A stretch of DNA of 64,000 nucleotides from a virus (IMGVR_UViG_3300031952_002809:1-64000); one strand, 5' to 3'; counted from the stretch's first letter, positions 38,991 to 49,450 are shown. Made by a program: numbers and translations. The notes: generated from the letters alone by a model not told the origin.

Positions 38991-39476
38991 ATGCATACCA
39001 AGATAGATGAAAGTAATTTAATATATACGTATGAAAATGAAATTCCTATTGATATCGTACTTGATCCAGATTCGACAATACCTTCTTACGCTCATGTAGG
39101 GGACGCTGGTATGGATTTGGTAGCAAGTCAAGATACAACTCTTGCTGCATTTACTGCTCAAGCAGTTTCAACAGGAATAAAAATATCTATTCCTATGGGA
39201 TATGAAGGGCAAGTTCGTCCTCGTAGTGGGTTGTCTTTGAAAGGTGTTACTGTATATAACTCGCCAGGCACTATCGACGCAATTTTTCGGGGGGAAGTTA
39301 AGGTTATCCTTATGTACATACCACCATCTTCAGATAATATGGCATATGAAATAAAAAAGGGTGACAGAATTGCTCAATTGGTTATAGCTAAATGTTATCG
39401 TGCTCAATTGAATCCGGCACTGTTTCTTGTTGAAACTACAAGAGGTGCTGGGGGGCTTGGGTCAAGTGGGATATAG
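38991..39476 (+). CDS. dut: Trimeric dUTPase
   Basis: AGMDL, RPRSGL, GTID..FRGE, GDRIAQL, RGAGGLGSSG. Confidence 0.95.
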   Translation: MHTKIDESNLIYTYENEIPIDIVLDPDSTIPSYAHVGDAGMDLVASQDTTLAAFTAQAVSTGIKISIPMGYEGQVRPRSGLSLKGVTVYNSPGTIDAIFRGEVKVILMYIPPSSDNMAYEIKKGDRIAQLVIAKCYRAQLNPALFLVETTRGAGGLGSSGI

Positions 39477-39486
39477 GGAGGTAATC

Positions 39487-40170
39487 ATGGATTTGGTAAT
39501 GGATTTAACCGCATTAAAAACAGACAGGATTATTATTGTGGGTGAACTTCTTGGGGAATATGACAAACTCATTGGTTTGTTGTATCAACAAAAATTTTGC
39601 TTTAACGATACTCTTATCTTTACTGGAAATTTTATTGATGCTGATAAAGCTCTTGAACCCACAAATGAAAAGCAAATGAATGCTATAACCTTTGTACGGA
39701 ATACGATTAACACATATTCTGTTAAGGGTAAGAACGAATTTTCTTTTCTTAGAAAACTCGAAGATTCTGGAGATCCTCAATGGCTTTCTACCAACTCCAA
39801 AAGGGATGAAATCGTAAAATTTATTGATGAATTGCCCTTAATAATTAAGATTTCAGATTATATTTACATAGTGAATGCGGGAGTTCAACCTAATAAACCG
39901 CTCACTGAGCAAGATCCAGAGGTGTTTTACTCAATAAGTGAATATGATCCTGATAGTAGATTCTATCAGTTTGAGAATCCCTCTCATAAATCATGGTATG
40001 ATTTTGATATGTATGAGGGGGAAAGACTTCTTAAATTTTGCTTTGGTGGATCGGATTTGAATCAGATTGAGGTTCCTGCTGGGTATTGCCTTGGAAGAAC
40101 GGCAGGCAACCAATTGAAGGTTTTGGTATTTCGAAAGAATTATCCAAATCCTATTATACTGCAAGCTTAG
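39487..40170 (+). CDS. Calcineurin-like (PPP/ApaH) phosphoesterase homologue with degenerate catalytic motifs
   Basis: VGELLG, TGNFID, KGKNE, FIDELPLII..VNAGV align to GDxHG, GDxxDRG, GNHE, HAG; RBS GGAGG. Confidence 0.7.
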   Translation: MDLVMDLTALKTDRIIIVGELLGEYDKLIGLLYQQKFCFNDTLIFTGNFIDADKALEPTNEKQMNAITFVRNTINTYSVKGKNEFSFLRKLEDSGDPQWLSTNSKRDEIVKFIDELPLIIKISDYIYIVNAGVQPNKPLTEQDPEVFYSISEYDPDSRFYQFENPSHKSWYDFDMYEGERLLKFCFGGSDLNQIEVPAGYCLGRTAGNQLKVLVFRKNYPNPIILQA

Positions 40171-40180
40171 GAGAAAAGTA

Positions 40181-40612
40181 ATGATGAGACAAATTCACCG
40201 CCATTCTATGAAAGAAGATGAGTACATTAATGAACTGTACCAACTGCTACGAAGAGGATCAGATGATTCTTCTATATCGGATTGGGTAGCTTCAAGAGGA
40301 CTTCGTCATTCAAATCAGATGCTTAAAAATACTTTTAAGTACGCTGGAAGAGAGGATTTGATTGAGTACCTTATCAAAGAGGAAGATATTGCTATAGGTG
40401 ATCCTATTCGCTCCCGATTTACTGGAAGATTCGGAAAAGTTACTGGCCTTCATAAAGATGGGTCTACCATTGAAGTTCTTTGGGAAGCTGGTGGCAGACA
40501 GCTTCTTAGCAAAGAATCTGTCTTTAAAATGAAAGAGAAGAATATTGATAGCGTGAAAGATCTGACCAAAGTGAAGTCAGTATATGATAATTACGGCGAC
40601 ATTGAGAAATAA
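40181..40612 (+). CDS. Hypothetical protein with an SH3/KOW-like C-terminus
   Basis: IGDPIRSRFTGRFGKVTG..IEVLW; RBS AGGAG. Confidence 0.6.
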   Translation: MMRQIHRHSMKEDEYINELYQLLRRGSDDSSISDWVASRGLRHSNQMLKNTFKYAGREDLIEYLIKEEDIAIGDPIRSRFTGRFGKVTGLHKDGSTIEVLWEAGGRQLLSKESVFKMKEKNIDSVKDLTKVKSVYDNYGDIEK

Positions 40613-40923
40613 TGTATAGCCAAGAAGTTTATGATATCATTGAACGTTTGAAGGAACGTGTCAAAGATGATTTATTAGCAGATGATCTTAATATGCTTTC
40701 TCTTTATTCAGAAATGAGATCTAACGCATTATATGAATTGGAGAAGCATAATAAATCGCACATGCGCAATATTCAATCGCTTATGGAAAATTTAGATTCT
40801 GCTGAAGCTGCTTTTGATAATATGGAGATGAGTAATAAAACGCTTAAGGGTTTACTTCTTCGAGCTACAACAGATGCTGCAGCTGGAAAGAAACGGCCTA
40901 GCTCAGATGATGGTGAGGATTAG
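40612..40923 (+). CDS. Hypothetical coiled-coil protein
   Basis: TAATG coupling with the upstream gene. Confidence 0.6.
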   Translation: MYSQEVYDIIERLKERVKDDLLADDLNMLSLYSEMRSNALYELEKHNKSHMRNIQSLMENLDSAEAAFDNMEMSNKTLKGLLLRATTDAAAGKKRPSSDDGED

Positions 40924-40928
40924 TACTA

Positions 40929-42221
40929 ATGCAGAATAAGTATAGTGCATTCTCTCCTAAAGATATTGCAGAGTATGTTTCGAATCTCTATGAAAAATTA
41001 AGTCATGGTCTTGATCTTACATTTAAAGAAGAGGATTTTCTTGTTGAGCTTCCAGATGATTTTCTTGAGGATGTGGATGAACTTAAACAATTCAAAACTC
41101 CTCTTGAAGAACAACCCACACAGCCCCGAGTAAAGCGTGTTAAACAAAAAAAGCCAACAGATAAAAAATTAACTACAGAAGAGGCTGATGAGCTATTAGC
41201 AGCATCTCCTGAAATGACAGTTCTTAATCAGTTCTTTCCCCAGGTATTTGATAATGATATTTTCTTTGCTGAAGAAGACCCCAGTGATATCGATGCATCA
41301 ATAAACACATTTATCTATTTACGGGACCTTGGTTATAAAACAGGTATGTGGGTTATTGGTCCTGAACATAAAGCAGACCATTGCCATCCCACTGAAAGAA
41401 GTGGCGGATTACCTATTTGTGATTATCTTAATTCCGCTTCGATTAATTTAGATGATATAATAACACAGGCACAGTCGTATGCAGACGCACATTCATTTTT
41501 TCCTCCGAAAGCCCTTATCGCACAGAGTCATCCTGGTTGCAGGTGCCACCTGGTATGCTTCCAGCCCAACTCACCAGAGGAAATACCAGATACAGCACCA
41601 GGCCTTCCTACGTTCGGCGAGCCGGAAGAAATACTGAGTTATAAGAAGCAAATATTTGAGAAACTTCAGACATTCCCTGTTGACCGGTGGACAATGCTGT
41701 CACCACTTATCTATATGGAAGTTAATCAAGCCGATGCACATATTGTTGATGAAGGTGATGTGTATCAGACGACGCCATATGTTAAAGAACAAAAATTATA
41801 TAAACAGAAATATAAGTCATCCTTATTTGATGAAGAACGTTTGATACATAGTGCCTCTGATTGGATAGATGAGATACAACCAATAAAAATATCAAAGAGT
41901 TATTTATTCAAATCTAGTATGGGTCCAGTACGGCCAATACCAAACACATATGTTGGATTTCAGCTTAGTGTAACTGATACGCACGCCATGGTATTTCTTG
42001 GCGATATCTCCAGAACAATACTTGCTCCCCGAGATTGTGTTGAAGCTATTGATCTCCATCCAGTATCTTTAGAAGAGATGGATTCTAACTCTTTTATGAG
42101 AATAGATGATTCGTACGGTCTGGTAATCCGAGTACTTGAAGACGGCAAAGCACAATGCTACTTACCAGATTTTGATGAAATTGTTTCCGTATACCCCGAA
42201 TCAGCATTTAACGTATTATAA
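40929..42221 (+). CDS. Hypothetical protein with a MuF/head-morphogenesis-like motif
   Basis: PICDYLN ... SHPGCRCHL resembles the C..C / HPNCRC signature. Confidence 0.55.
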   Translation: MQNKYSAFSPKDIAEYVSNLYEKLSHGLDLTFKEEDFLVELPDDFLEDVDELKQFKTPLEEQPTQPRVKRVKQKKPTDKKLTTEEADELLAASPEMTVLNQFFPQVFDNDIFFAEEDPSDIDASINTFIYLRDLGYKTGMWVIGPEHKADHCHPTERSGGLPICDYLNSASINLDDIITQAQSYADAHSFFPPKALIAQSHPGCRCHLVCFQPNSPEEIPDTAPGLPTFGEPEEILSYKKQIFEKLQTFPVDRWTMLSPLIYMEVNQADAHIVDEGDVYQTTPYVKEQKLYKQKYKSSLFDEERLIHSASDWIDEIQPIKISKSYLFKSSMGPVRPIPNTYVGFQLSVTDTHAMVFLGDISRTILAPRDCVEAIDLHPVSLEEMDSNSFMRIDDSYGLVIRVLEDGKAQCYLPDFDEIVSVYPESAFNVL

Positions 42222-42305
42222 AATTGGATAAAAATCTATTTTATTTTAAAAAATATTTGACATATAATTATGTCTCGATAAAACGTAGGGTAGTTACGGG
42301 GGTAT

Positions 42306-42494
42306 GTGGTGCGGTATAAACTAAGTGACGAGAAAAGGAGCATGCCTGTTCCTATTTCTCTCAGACCAAAACATATTGAAATGCTCAAAGAACTTGAAAT
42401 TGCAAAACGAGCAAATCGATCCTCTGTAATACAAAATCTTATTGAAGCAGAGTACAAAGCATATATAAATTCACTCGTTGTGGAAAAGGATTAA
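42306..42494 (+). CDS. Ribbon-helix-helix DNA-binding protein
   Basis: VPISL..HIEMLKEL..NRSSVIQNLI; upstream TTGACA at 42257. Confidence 0.65.
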   Translation: MVRYKLSDEKRSMPVPISLRPKHIEMLKELEIAKRANRSSVIQNLIEAEYKAYINSLVVEKD

Positions 42495-42496
42495 CT

Positions 42497-42973
42497 ATGG
42501 CTGAAGGATCTTTTAACATTGACTTGAAAGAATATAATGATAAAGTAGAATATGATGCATACATATCTAAATCTGTAGCATTTGATCCGGCCTGCCTTAC
42601 GTTAGAAAATGTTCATGATATTCAAACAATCATGCAGGAAATAAATGCATTGTCGTACAAATTATATTTTTATGGATATCTTTGTGACATGCAGGCACGG
42701 GTACTTCAAGAGATTGAAGATGAGTTTAGCAAATGGATGGCTCAAAAGTATTTTGTAGAGAGTGTTGATGATAAACAATTTAAAACAGAGAAATCAAAAG
42801 AACGTCACATTTATATGACATACATGGTAGAATATCAAAAATATGAGAAAGCAATCGCAAATGAGAAATACAAACTCTCTCTTCTTCAGAGAGTAGTAAA
42901 AAGTCTTGAAAATTATGGATATAAATTACATGATCTAAAAGACTACAATATGACCATCAGTCGTAACATGTAA
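42497..42973 (+). CDS. UvsY-like helical recombination mediator (putative)
   Basis: 158 aa helical protein upstream of the SSB-like gene. Confidence 0.4.
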   Translation: MAEGSFNIDLKEYNDKVEYDAYISKSVAFDPACLTLENVHDIQTIMQEINALSYKLYFYGYLCDMQARVLQEIEDEFSKWMAQKYFVESVDDKQFKTEKSKERHIYMTYMVEYQKYEKAIANEKYKLSLLQRVVKSLENYGYKLHDLKDYNMTISRNM

Positions 42974-43071
42974 CACCCTTGAATATTTTTACCCTTTGGG
43001 GTAATATAGAAAGTCCTTATGGGGACATAAACATTGCTCAATATGAGCGCAAAAAAACAAGGAGTAGCTTT

Positions 43072-44223
43072 ATGGACAATCAACAAGATCGTTTTGCTGA
43101 TGAAACTAATCGTATTAACGATGACTCTGGTGGGGAGAAAGAATACCCTGCTGAGATTAAGACCCCCTCGGGAACCTCAAATGTACTTCGTCTTCTTGAC
43201 GGATCACAATCTTTCAGAAAATATTCAATTAGTTGGTGCTTGTGTGATGATGATCAGATACGTCCTTTTATTGTTGAGAACGAGACTCAAGGAAAAGGTG
43301 TACTTGCTCGTATGCTAGGTGATGCTGATAATTTCTTTAAAGGCGGCTACCTTGAGTCTCGGAAGGGACAGTTTGGTAAAGCATACGTTCACCAACAAAA
43401 AGATCCCGAACTCTTTAAAAGAATAACAGAATACTGGAATCCTGGATATAATGGTACAGGTACCGCCAGACCAAAGAAAGAATATGTTTTCAATGCTATC
43501 CATCGCAATCCTGAGACAGTTGATGGAAGAACATTTAACTGGTGTGCTGAAAACAAACATACGAAACTGATTCGTCTTGGCCAGAGAGCTATGAAATCTT
43601 TAAAAATGGTTCGAGACAATAGCGGTGAATTTACTGTGTATGATATTGTTTTTTCTAAACAAGGATCTGGAGCAGATACTATTTTTGGTTTTATGAAGGG
43701 CGATATTGGTACACAATATAATGTTGTCGGACCTCTTACTGAAGCTGAATTGCAATATGAAAGGTATGACCTTGATTATATAGCCTCTCTTGCAAGTGCC
43801 GGATATGTTCTTAAAAATCTACGAAATTCTATTGAACGTATAAGTGCTGTTATGAGTGTTGGTTGGGTAGCTGAACTTGAAAAACAACAAGCTATTGAAC
43901 AAGCTGCATATGAGGCAGCTAAAAATGGTCAAGTGGATCAACAAGTTCCTCCTATTGTAACAACACCTCCGGCTGCTTCTATGGCTGCCCCCGCAGCACC
44001 AGCAGCTTTTGTACGACAGCCTGCAGTACGTGTAGCTTCTCCTCATGTTGAAGGAATACCACTTCAGCCGTGTGGGCATTGTCAGCAACCTATACCAGAA
44101 GGATCAATTACGTGTCCACGTTGTGCTGGCGTTCTTTTGTCAGATTGCGATATCTGCCACAAACCATTCTCGGTATTTTCTACAAAATGCCCTTTTTGTC
44201 TGACAGAATATAAAACGGTATAA
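43072..44223 (+). CDS. Putative gp32-like ssDNA-binding protein with a C-terminal double zinc ribbon
   Basis: NVLRLL, RPKKEYVFNAIHR, YDIVFSKQGSG; P/A linker; CGHC..CPRC..CDIC..CPFC; RBS AAGGAG. Confidence 0.6.
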   Translation: MDNQQDRFADETNRINDDSGGEKEYPAEIKTPSGTSNVLRLLDGSQSFRKYSISWCLCDDDQIRPFIVENETQGKGVLARMLGDADNFFKGGYLESRKGQFGKAYVHQQKDPELFKRITEYWNPGYNGTGTARPKKEYVFNAIHRNPETVDGRTFNWCAENKHTKLIRLGQRAMKSLKMVRDNSGEFTVYDIVFSKQGSGADTIFGFMKGDIGTQYNVVGPLTEAELQYERYDLDYIASLASAGYVLKNLRNSIERISAVMSVGWVAELEKQQAIEQAAYEAAKNGQVDQQVPPIVTTPPAASMAAPAAPAAFVRQPAVRVASPHVEGIPLQPCGHCQQPIPEGSITCPRCAGVLLSDCDICHKPFSVFSTKCPFCLTEYKTV

Positions 44224-44236
44224 GAATATACATGGT

Positions 44237-44803
44237 TTGAAAAAAAACAATGTAATCTTCCTTGGCATCGATCCAAGCTTGACAGGTACGGGGCTTGTTT
44301 TAATTAATGAAGATTATAGCATCTTAGACATGATTAAACTCTTTACCCCCGCAATGAGGGTAGAGAGACTTTTTCACTTACAAAATAAGCTTCTTGAAGT
44401 ACTGAACAAATATACTACCATACGACAAATATGTGTAGAAGGGCCAGCTTTGCGTGAAACAGGTAAAATATTCGATTTGGGGCAGTGGGCAGGAATACTT
44501 TATCTGGAATTATATAAACACGGATTGACCCCTACTATTGTTGCTCCTATGCAATTAAAGAAATATGTTTCCGGTTTAGGAAAAAACCAGGGAAAGCCAG
44601 TTGTTATGCTTGATGTCTTTAAGAACTTTGGGGAAGAGATTAGAGACAATGACCTTGCAGATGCATATGTTTTAGCACGAATAGCTCATGATTTTTATGG
44701 ATTGTGTAATGAAGCTGAACTACCAAATATAAAAAAGTATCAGCTGGAAGTTCTTAATAAATTGTTTGAAGCCAAGAAAGATAAAAGCGGGACGTTACTA
44801 TGA
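44237..44803 (+). CDS. ruvC: RuvC-like Holliday junction resolvase
   Basis: LGIDPSLTGTG, CVEG, LKKYVSG, NDLADAYVLA. Confidence 0.85.
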   Translation: MKKNNVIFLGIDPSLTGTGLVLINEDYSILDMIKLFTPAMRVERLFHLQNKLLEVLNKYTTIRQICVEGPALRETGKIFDLGQWAGILYLELYKHGLTPTIVAPMQLKKYVSGLGKNQGKPVVMLDVFKNFGEEIRDNDLADAYVLARIAHDFYGLCNEAELPNIKKYQLEVLNKLFEAKKDKSGTLL

Positions 44804-47800
44804 CCAGTTCTACAAAAAATGTGTTTTGTAAGAAATGTAGATTACATGAAGCTGCAAAGCATCCTATGCTTCTTGGAAGGGGGAACCCCTCCGCATCTGT
44901 GTTGCTGTTAGGTGAGGCGCCTGGAAAATCAGAGGATGAGCAAGGACAAGTATTCATAGGTAAGTCAGGCCAACTTCTACAGAACAAAGTAAATCTCGTT
45001 GAACTTGACTGCTTTGTGTCAAATTCAGTGTTGTGCCGTCCATCTGACAAAGCTGGAGGAAATGCTACACCGACAACGACCCAGATAGAGTGTTGCAAAC
45101 CGACAACAATTGATCTTATTCTTACTATGAAACCTCGAGTTGTTGTAGCTCTTGGTGCAATAGCCATGCAGCAATTACTTGATTTTAACCTCAATATGGA
45201 AATTGCTCGAGGCAAGGAATTTTATCATACTGTGTTGGATACGACTATAATACCAACGTATCATCCGGCATATCTTCTTCGAACGAATGATGCTCGATTT
45301 ATGAAAGAATTCACGGATGATCTGGCACTTGCAAAAAGAGTTTCAAACAAGCCCCGCTCTCGTAGAATAGCCTCAGTGCCTGTATCGCATAAGGACAGAT
45401 TTGAAATAGAGAAGTACTTTAATGAACTTAAGCAGTCGGAGTCGCTCTCAGTGGACTTAGAGACAACCTCGCTCAATCCTAAAAAGGGAAGGATAACTGA
45501 CATTTCTTTTTGTAATTCTGCGGGTAAGGGTGTCCATATAGAATGGAAATATCTTACAGAGAGACCTGACCTTTTAAGTTCACTTAAGGAAGTATTGGAA
45601 TCCCCTGCTGAGAAAGTATTTCACAATGCTGACTTTGATATTCGTTTCTTACGCTCAGTTGGGTTCACTGTTCCCGGTAAAATATTTGATACGATGCTTG
45701 CTTATCATACTATGACTATGAGCTATGAGGGGGGAAAGTCGGCATCATTATACAAATTAAAGACAATGGCCTGGTACATGACACAGGAGGGTGGCTATGA
45801 AGATGTCCTTGATGAGCATGGTGGAATTGTTGGAATACAAAAAGAGGACAAGAAAAAAAAGAATGATGTTGAGCAAGGATCGTTGTTTGATTCTGCTGAA
45901 TTAGATACTGTCGCTGGTTTCGATCCAGAGTACAATGCAAGATTAGTATATTGTTCTACATATATTAAAGATACAAAAGAGGCACGGCTCAAAGCACTGG
46001 GACTCGATCGTAAGGCATTTTATTCCGCCATGGACGCCGATGTTACTTTTAGAATCTATAAGTATTTGAAGCAAACTATTGATACATTATATAATTATTC
46101 CTTTTACAATATTACAATGCCTCTGTGTAAGGTTCTTATTAGAATACATGAGAATGGAATTATGGTAGATGTTCCCTACATTGATAAAATGATTGAAGAA
46201 AACAATATTATAGCAGAGTCAGTCAAGACTGACTTTTTCAAAGAAGCTAAATATGAATTTAATCTCAACTCAGTAGATCAGCTACGTGAGTTTATGTATA
46301 CGAAACTAAAACTTCAGGTTAATAATAAATATATTACAACAAAGGGGAAGCGACCTTCTACAGACGAGGAAGCAATTACATTTTTTTCAGAAAAGAAACC
46401 AATCCTAAAAAAGATATTGGAGTATCGTGGTGTTAATAAACAGACATCAACATACTTTGAGGGGTATAAGAAACTTGCGGATGAAATAGGTAGAGTTTAT
46501 CCGAGTTATCTTCAAATAGGAACAGCAACTTCCCGATTATCCGCCCGAGATCCAAACCTTCAAAATATTCCAAAGGACAATCGAGTACGAAATATTATTA
46601 TAGCTTCACCAGGACATAAGATTGTGTTGGCTGACCTTTGCTTGGCTGAGGGAACTTTAATAACAACTCGACGAGGGAATATTCCAATTGAGCAGGTGAC
46701 TACTGACGATTCTGTTAGACAGGAGGATGGCTCCTTTAAGAAAGTAACGAATGTCTTTTTTCGTGGGGTAAAAGAGGTGGTGACACTTACTACAGAATTA
46801 GGATACTCTATAGAGTTAACAAAACATCATAGATTAAGAGTTATCGATGCAGATGGGAATTATGTATGGAAAAGAGTAGGTGAACTTTCTGAATTAGATT
46901 ATGTGGCCATACAACCACACGTAATAAGAAGTAATAAAAGAATAAAATTAAATAGTATTGAATATACTCACTTTAGCAATAAAAAAATAAACAATATTCC
47001 TAAATATATGACTGAAGACTTTTGTGAGTTTTTGGGTTTTATGTGTGGTAATGGGACATTTGGTGTGCCTTACATGGCATTACGTTGGGCTGTTTGCGAT
47101 AAAGATAAAGATACCAATGATTACTTAAAAATACTGTTTAAAAGAATATTTAATGAACGGATAAGAGAATCCACACAATATAGAGGAATATTTGATTCTA
47201 GATTTTGTTCTAAACCGCTAATTAAGTATCTTTTAAATATTGGATTATCTAAAGAAAGGGTTCCTAAATTTTTATTTGAAGCCGATTCTAAATTGATTTG
47301 TGCGTGGCTTAGAGGTTTTTTTGAGTCTGATGGTAGTGTGGGGGATAGAGTATCTTGTTCCTCTTCAAGAAGAACTTTAATAGAGGATATTCAAAAGCTA
47401 CTCTTATCTGTTGGAATAATTTCAAATATATGGCAGTATAAATATGAAAAGCAGGGTAAGCAATTTGAGGCTGATCTTCTTAGTATAAAATCTTATTGGA
47501 CAGATGTTTTTTATAAAAAAATAGGATTCATAGGTAAAAGAAAAAATTCAATCTTAAAAGTATTAGTTGGAAAAACTAAAAAAAACCCAACGTATGGAAG
47601 ACATCCTAATTTAGGAAAAAAATCTAAAAAATATACTTATATAGATGAATTAAAGAATACCCGAAACAGGGGTGGTTTTGTTTCAATAAAAACAGCAAAA
47701 GAATTAAAAATAAAATATCCAGATGTTTATACAGAACTTGGTTTGAATAAGATCACTGATTGGGGGCAGATATATGTTAAATGCAATATAGATGAAAAAA

Positions 47801-48564
47801 TATCGGTTAAAGTTAAGACATATGATATTGAAGTAGAGGAAACTCATTCTTTTATAGCAAATGGTTTTGTTAGCCATAATTCACAGGTCGAGCTACGTAT
47901 TCTGGCAATGATATCTGGTGACACTAATATGATTAATGCCTTTAAATCGGGGCATGACTTTCATACATACACAGCGTGTTCAATGTTTGGTATACCTTTG
48001 GATCAGTTTGATAAGAAAATACCAGAACATGCTAACAAGCGCGATGCGGCAAAAACTATCAACTTCGGAATTGTGTACCAGATGCGGGCAGAGTCTCTCG
48101 CAGAGTCATTAGGTATTTCTTTAGACAAAGCTAAAGCGTTTATGAGGAGTTTTTTTGATGCTTATCCAAGAGTATCAGAATGGGTTACCTACATAAAAGC
48201 ATTTGCTCGGGCGAATGGGTATGTCGAAACTATATATGGGAGAAGAAGGTATTTACCGGATATAAGAAGCAGTGATGATTTTGTTCGGGAGTCTGCCGAG
48301 AGAAGAGCTGTGAACTCACCGATCCAATCGAGCTCGGGGGATGTGTGTTTTACAGGACTTATCCGTTTTCAAGACTGGCTTGATACGAATAATAAGAAAA
48401 CTCGTATCATAGGAACTGTTCACGATAGTATTTTGACAGAAGCTCCTGATGAAGAAGTTGAGGAGATATCTATAATGTTGCCAAAAATAATGACAACAGA
48501 TATTCCTCGAATTACTATCGACATCAAGGCTGACGTTGATATACTCCAGAAATGGAAAAAATAG
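44800..48564 (+). CDS. polA: Family-4 uracil-DNA glycosylase domain fused to a family A DNA polymerase (with 3'-5' exonuclease); intein in motif A
   Basis: CKKC, GEAPG, CRP, YHPA; DLETT, HNADFD, YSAMD; ADL|SQVELR, AKTINFGIVY, VHDS. Confidence 0.93.
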   Translation: MTSSTKNVFCKKCRLHEAAKHPMLLGRGNPSASVLLLGEAPGKSEDEQGQVFIGKSGQLLQNKVNLVELDCFVSNSVLCRPSDKAGGNATPTTTQIECCKPTTIDLILTMKPRVVVALGAIAMQQLLDFNLNMEIARGKEFYHTVLDTTIIPTYHPAYLLRTNDARFMKEFTDDLALAKRVSNKPRSRRIASVPVSHKDRFEIEKYFNELKQSESLSVDLETTSLNPKKGRITDISFCNSAGKGVHIEWKYLTERPDLLSSLKEVLESPAEKVFHNADFDIRFLRSVGFTVPGKIFDTMLAYHTMTMSYEGGKSASLYKLKTMAWYMTQEGGYEDVLDEHGGIVGIQKEDKKKKNDVEQGSLFDSAELDTVAGFDPEYNARLVYCSTYIKDTKEARLKALGLDRKAFYSAMDADVTFRIYKYLKQTIDTLYNYSFYNITMPLCKVLIRIHENGIMVDVPYIDKMIEENNIIAESVKTDFFKEAKYEFNLNSVDQLREFMYTKLKLQVNNKYITTKGKRPSTDEEAITFFSEKKPILKKILEYRGVNKQTSTYFEGYKKLADEIGRVYPSYLQIGTATSRLSARDPNLQNIPKDNRVRNIIIASPGHKIVLADLCLAEGTLITTRRGNIPIEQVTTDDSVRQEDGSFKKVTNVFFRGVKEVVTLTTELGYSIELTKHHRLRVIDADGNYVWKRVGELSELDYVAIQPHVIRSNKRIKLNSIEYTHFSNKKINNIPKYMTEDFCEFLGFMCGNGTFGVPYMALRWAVCDKDKDTNDYLKILFKRIFNERIRESTQYRGIFDSRFCSKPLIKYLLNIGLSKERVPKFLFEADSKLICAWLRGFFESDGSVGDRVSCSSSRRTLIEDIQKLLLSVGIISNIWQYKYEKQGKQFEADLLSIKSYWTDVFYKKIGFIGKRKNSILKVLVGKTKKNPTYGRHPNLGKKSKKYTYIDELKNTRNRGGFVSIKTAKELKIKYPDVYTELGLNKITDWGQIYVKCNIDEKISVKVKTYDIEVEETHSFIANGFVSHNSQVELRILAMISGDTNMINAFKSGHDFHTYTACSMFGIPLDQFDKKIPEHANKRDAAKTINFGIVYQMRAESLAESLGISLDKAKAFMRSFFDAYPRVSEWVTYIKAFARANGYVETIYGRRRYLPDIRSSDDFVRESAERRAVNSPIQSSSGDVCFTGLIRFQDWLDTNNKKTRIIGTVHDSILTEAPDEEVEEISIMLPKIMTTDIPRITIDIKADVDILQKWKK
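46639..47880 (+). mobile_element. Intein (414 aa, LAGLIDADG) in the DNA polymerase
   Basis: CLAEGT ... LTKHH ... LRGFFESDG ... TYDIEV..FVSHN before Ser. Confidence 0.95.
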
Positions 48565-48581
48565 TTTGGAGGTTGGGGACC

Positions 48582-48941
48582 ATGCTATCAATATTGATTT
48601 ATGTTATTATTTTCTCGGTTCTTGCAGGAATAACTTATTTGTATTACAGAGAGATAAAAAAACCTCTGCGTGATAAAATAGAGGTTGGGACTGTTCTAGG
48701 TATTTTATTTCTCGTTGGTTTATTAACAGCAATAAATATCTATGTATATAAACCGCCTTTGCAAAAAATAAGAAAGGATGCCGGAGGAGATCCATTTGAA
48801 TCAGTTGAGAGAATTATTGTGGATAAAGTTCCTGATGATAGAACACAGATTACAATTGTTTCTGCTGTGGCTGATTCATCGTATACGGTTATCATATCAA
48901 AAGAAGATGCCAAACGACTAAGGGCAGCTTTAAAGGAATAG
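48582..48941 (+). CDS. Membrane protein with two TM segments
   Basis: Hydrophobic stretches; RBS GGAGG. Confidence 0.65.
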   Translation: MLSILIYVIIFSVLAGITYLYYREIKKPLRDKIEVGTVLGILFLVGLLTAINIYVYKPPLQKIRKDAGGDPFESVERIIVDKVPDDRTQITIVSAVADSSYTVIISKEDAKRLRAALKE

Positions 48942-48950
48942 AGTAATATT

Positions 48951-49208
48951 ATGCCTTTTGAGATAAAATTAACATTGTTTCAAATAATACTCTGCTGGCT
49001 CGCTTTGGGGTTCGTCGGATCATTAGTTTTATTGTTTGAGAAGTGGTATTCAGAAAAAGTTGTAACAGCGAGTGATGTAGTGATAGCTAGTATGTCTATG
49101 ATCTTTGGGATAATATTACTTGGATTATCAGTTATAGCTCTTTTCTTAAAATTTTTATCAAAGGGAGATCCTATTATTATACACGGTAAAAAAGAGATAG
49201 AGGAATAA
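48951..49208 (+). CDS. Small membrane protein
   Basis: Two hydrophobic segments. Confidence 0.6.
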   Translation: MPFEIKLTLFQIILCWLALGFVGSLVLLFEKWYSEKVVTASDVVIASMSMIFGIILLGLSVIALFLKFLSKGDPIIIHGKKEIEE

Positions 49209-49232
49209 TTTATAGTATGGGGGAAAGATATA

Positions 49233-49448
49233 ATGTGCCTACTGATCGGATTTGCAGTTCTCTGTGTAATATTTTTTATATTTCAGCATTGGTCAGTGTT
49301 ACCAACACCACATTTACACGATTGGAGTTTGTACGAGTCTGAAGTAGAAATACATAAGAATAAACAATATTCTTATACAATCAAAAAATGTACTGTGTGT
49401 GGTACTACGTCAATGGAAATAAATAGTCAACAGTATAAAGTGAGTTAG
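49233..49448 (+). CDS. Small membrane-anchored protein with an HxW..CxxC motif
   Basis: N-terminal TM segment, HLHDW, CTVCG. Confidence 0.55.
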   Translation: MCLLIGFAVLCVIFFIFQHWSVLPTPHLHDWSLYESEVEIHKNKQYSYTIKKCTVCGTTSMEINSQQYKVS

Positions 49449-49450
49449 GA

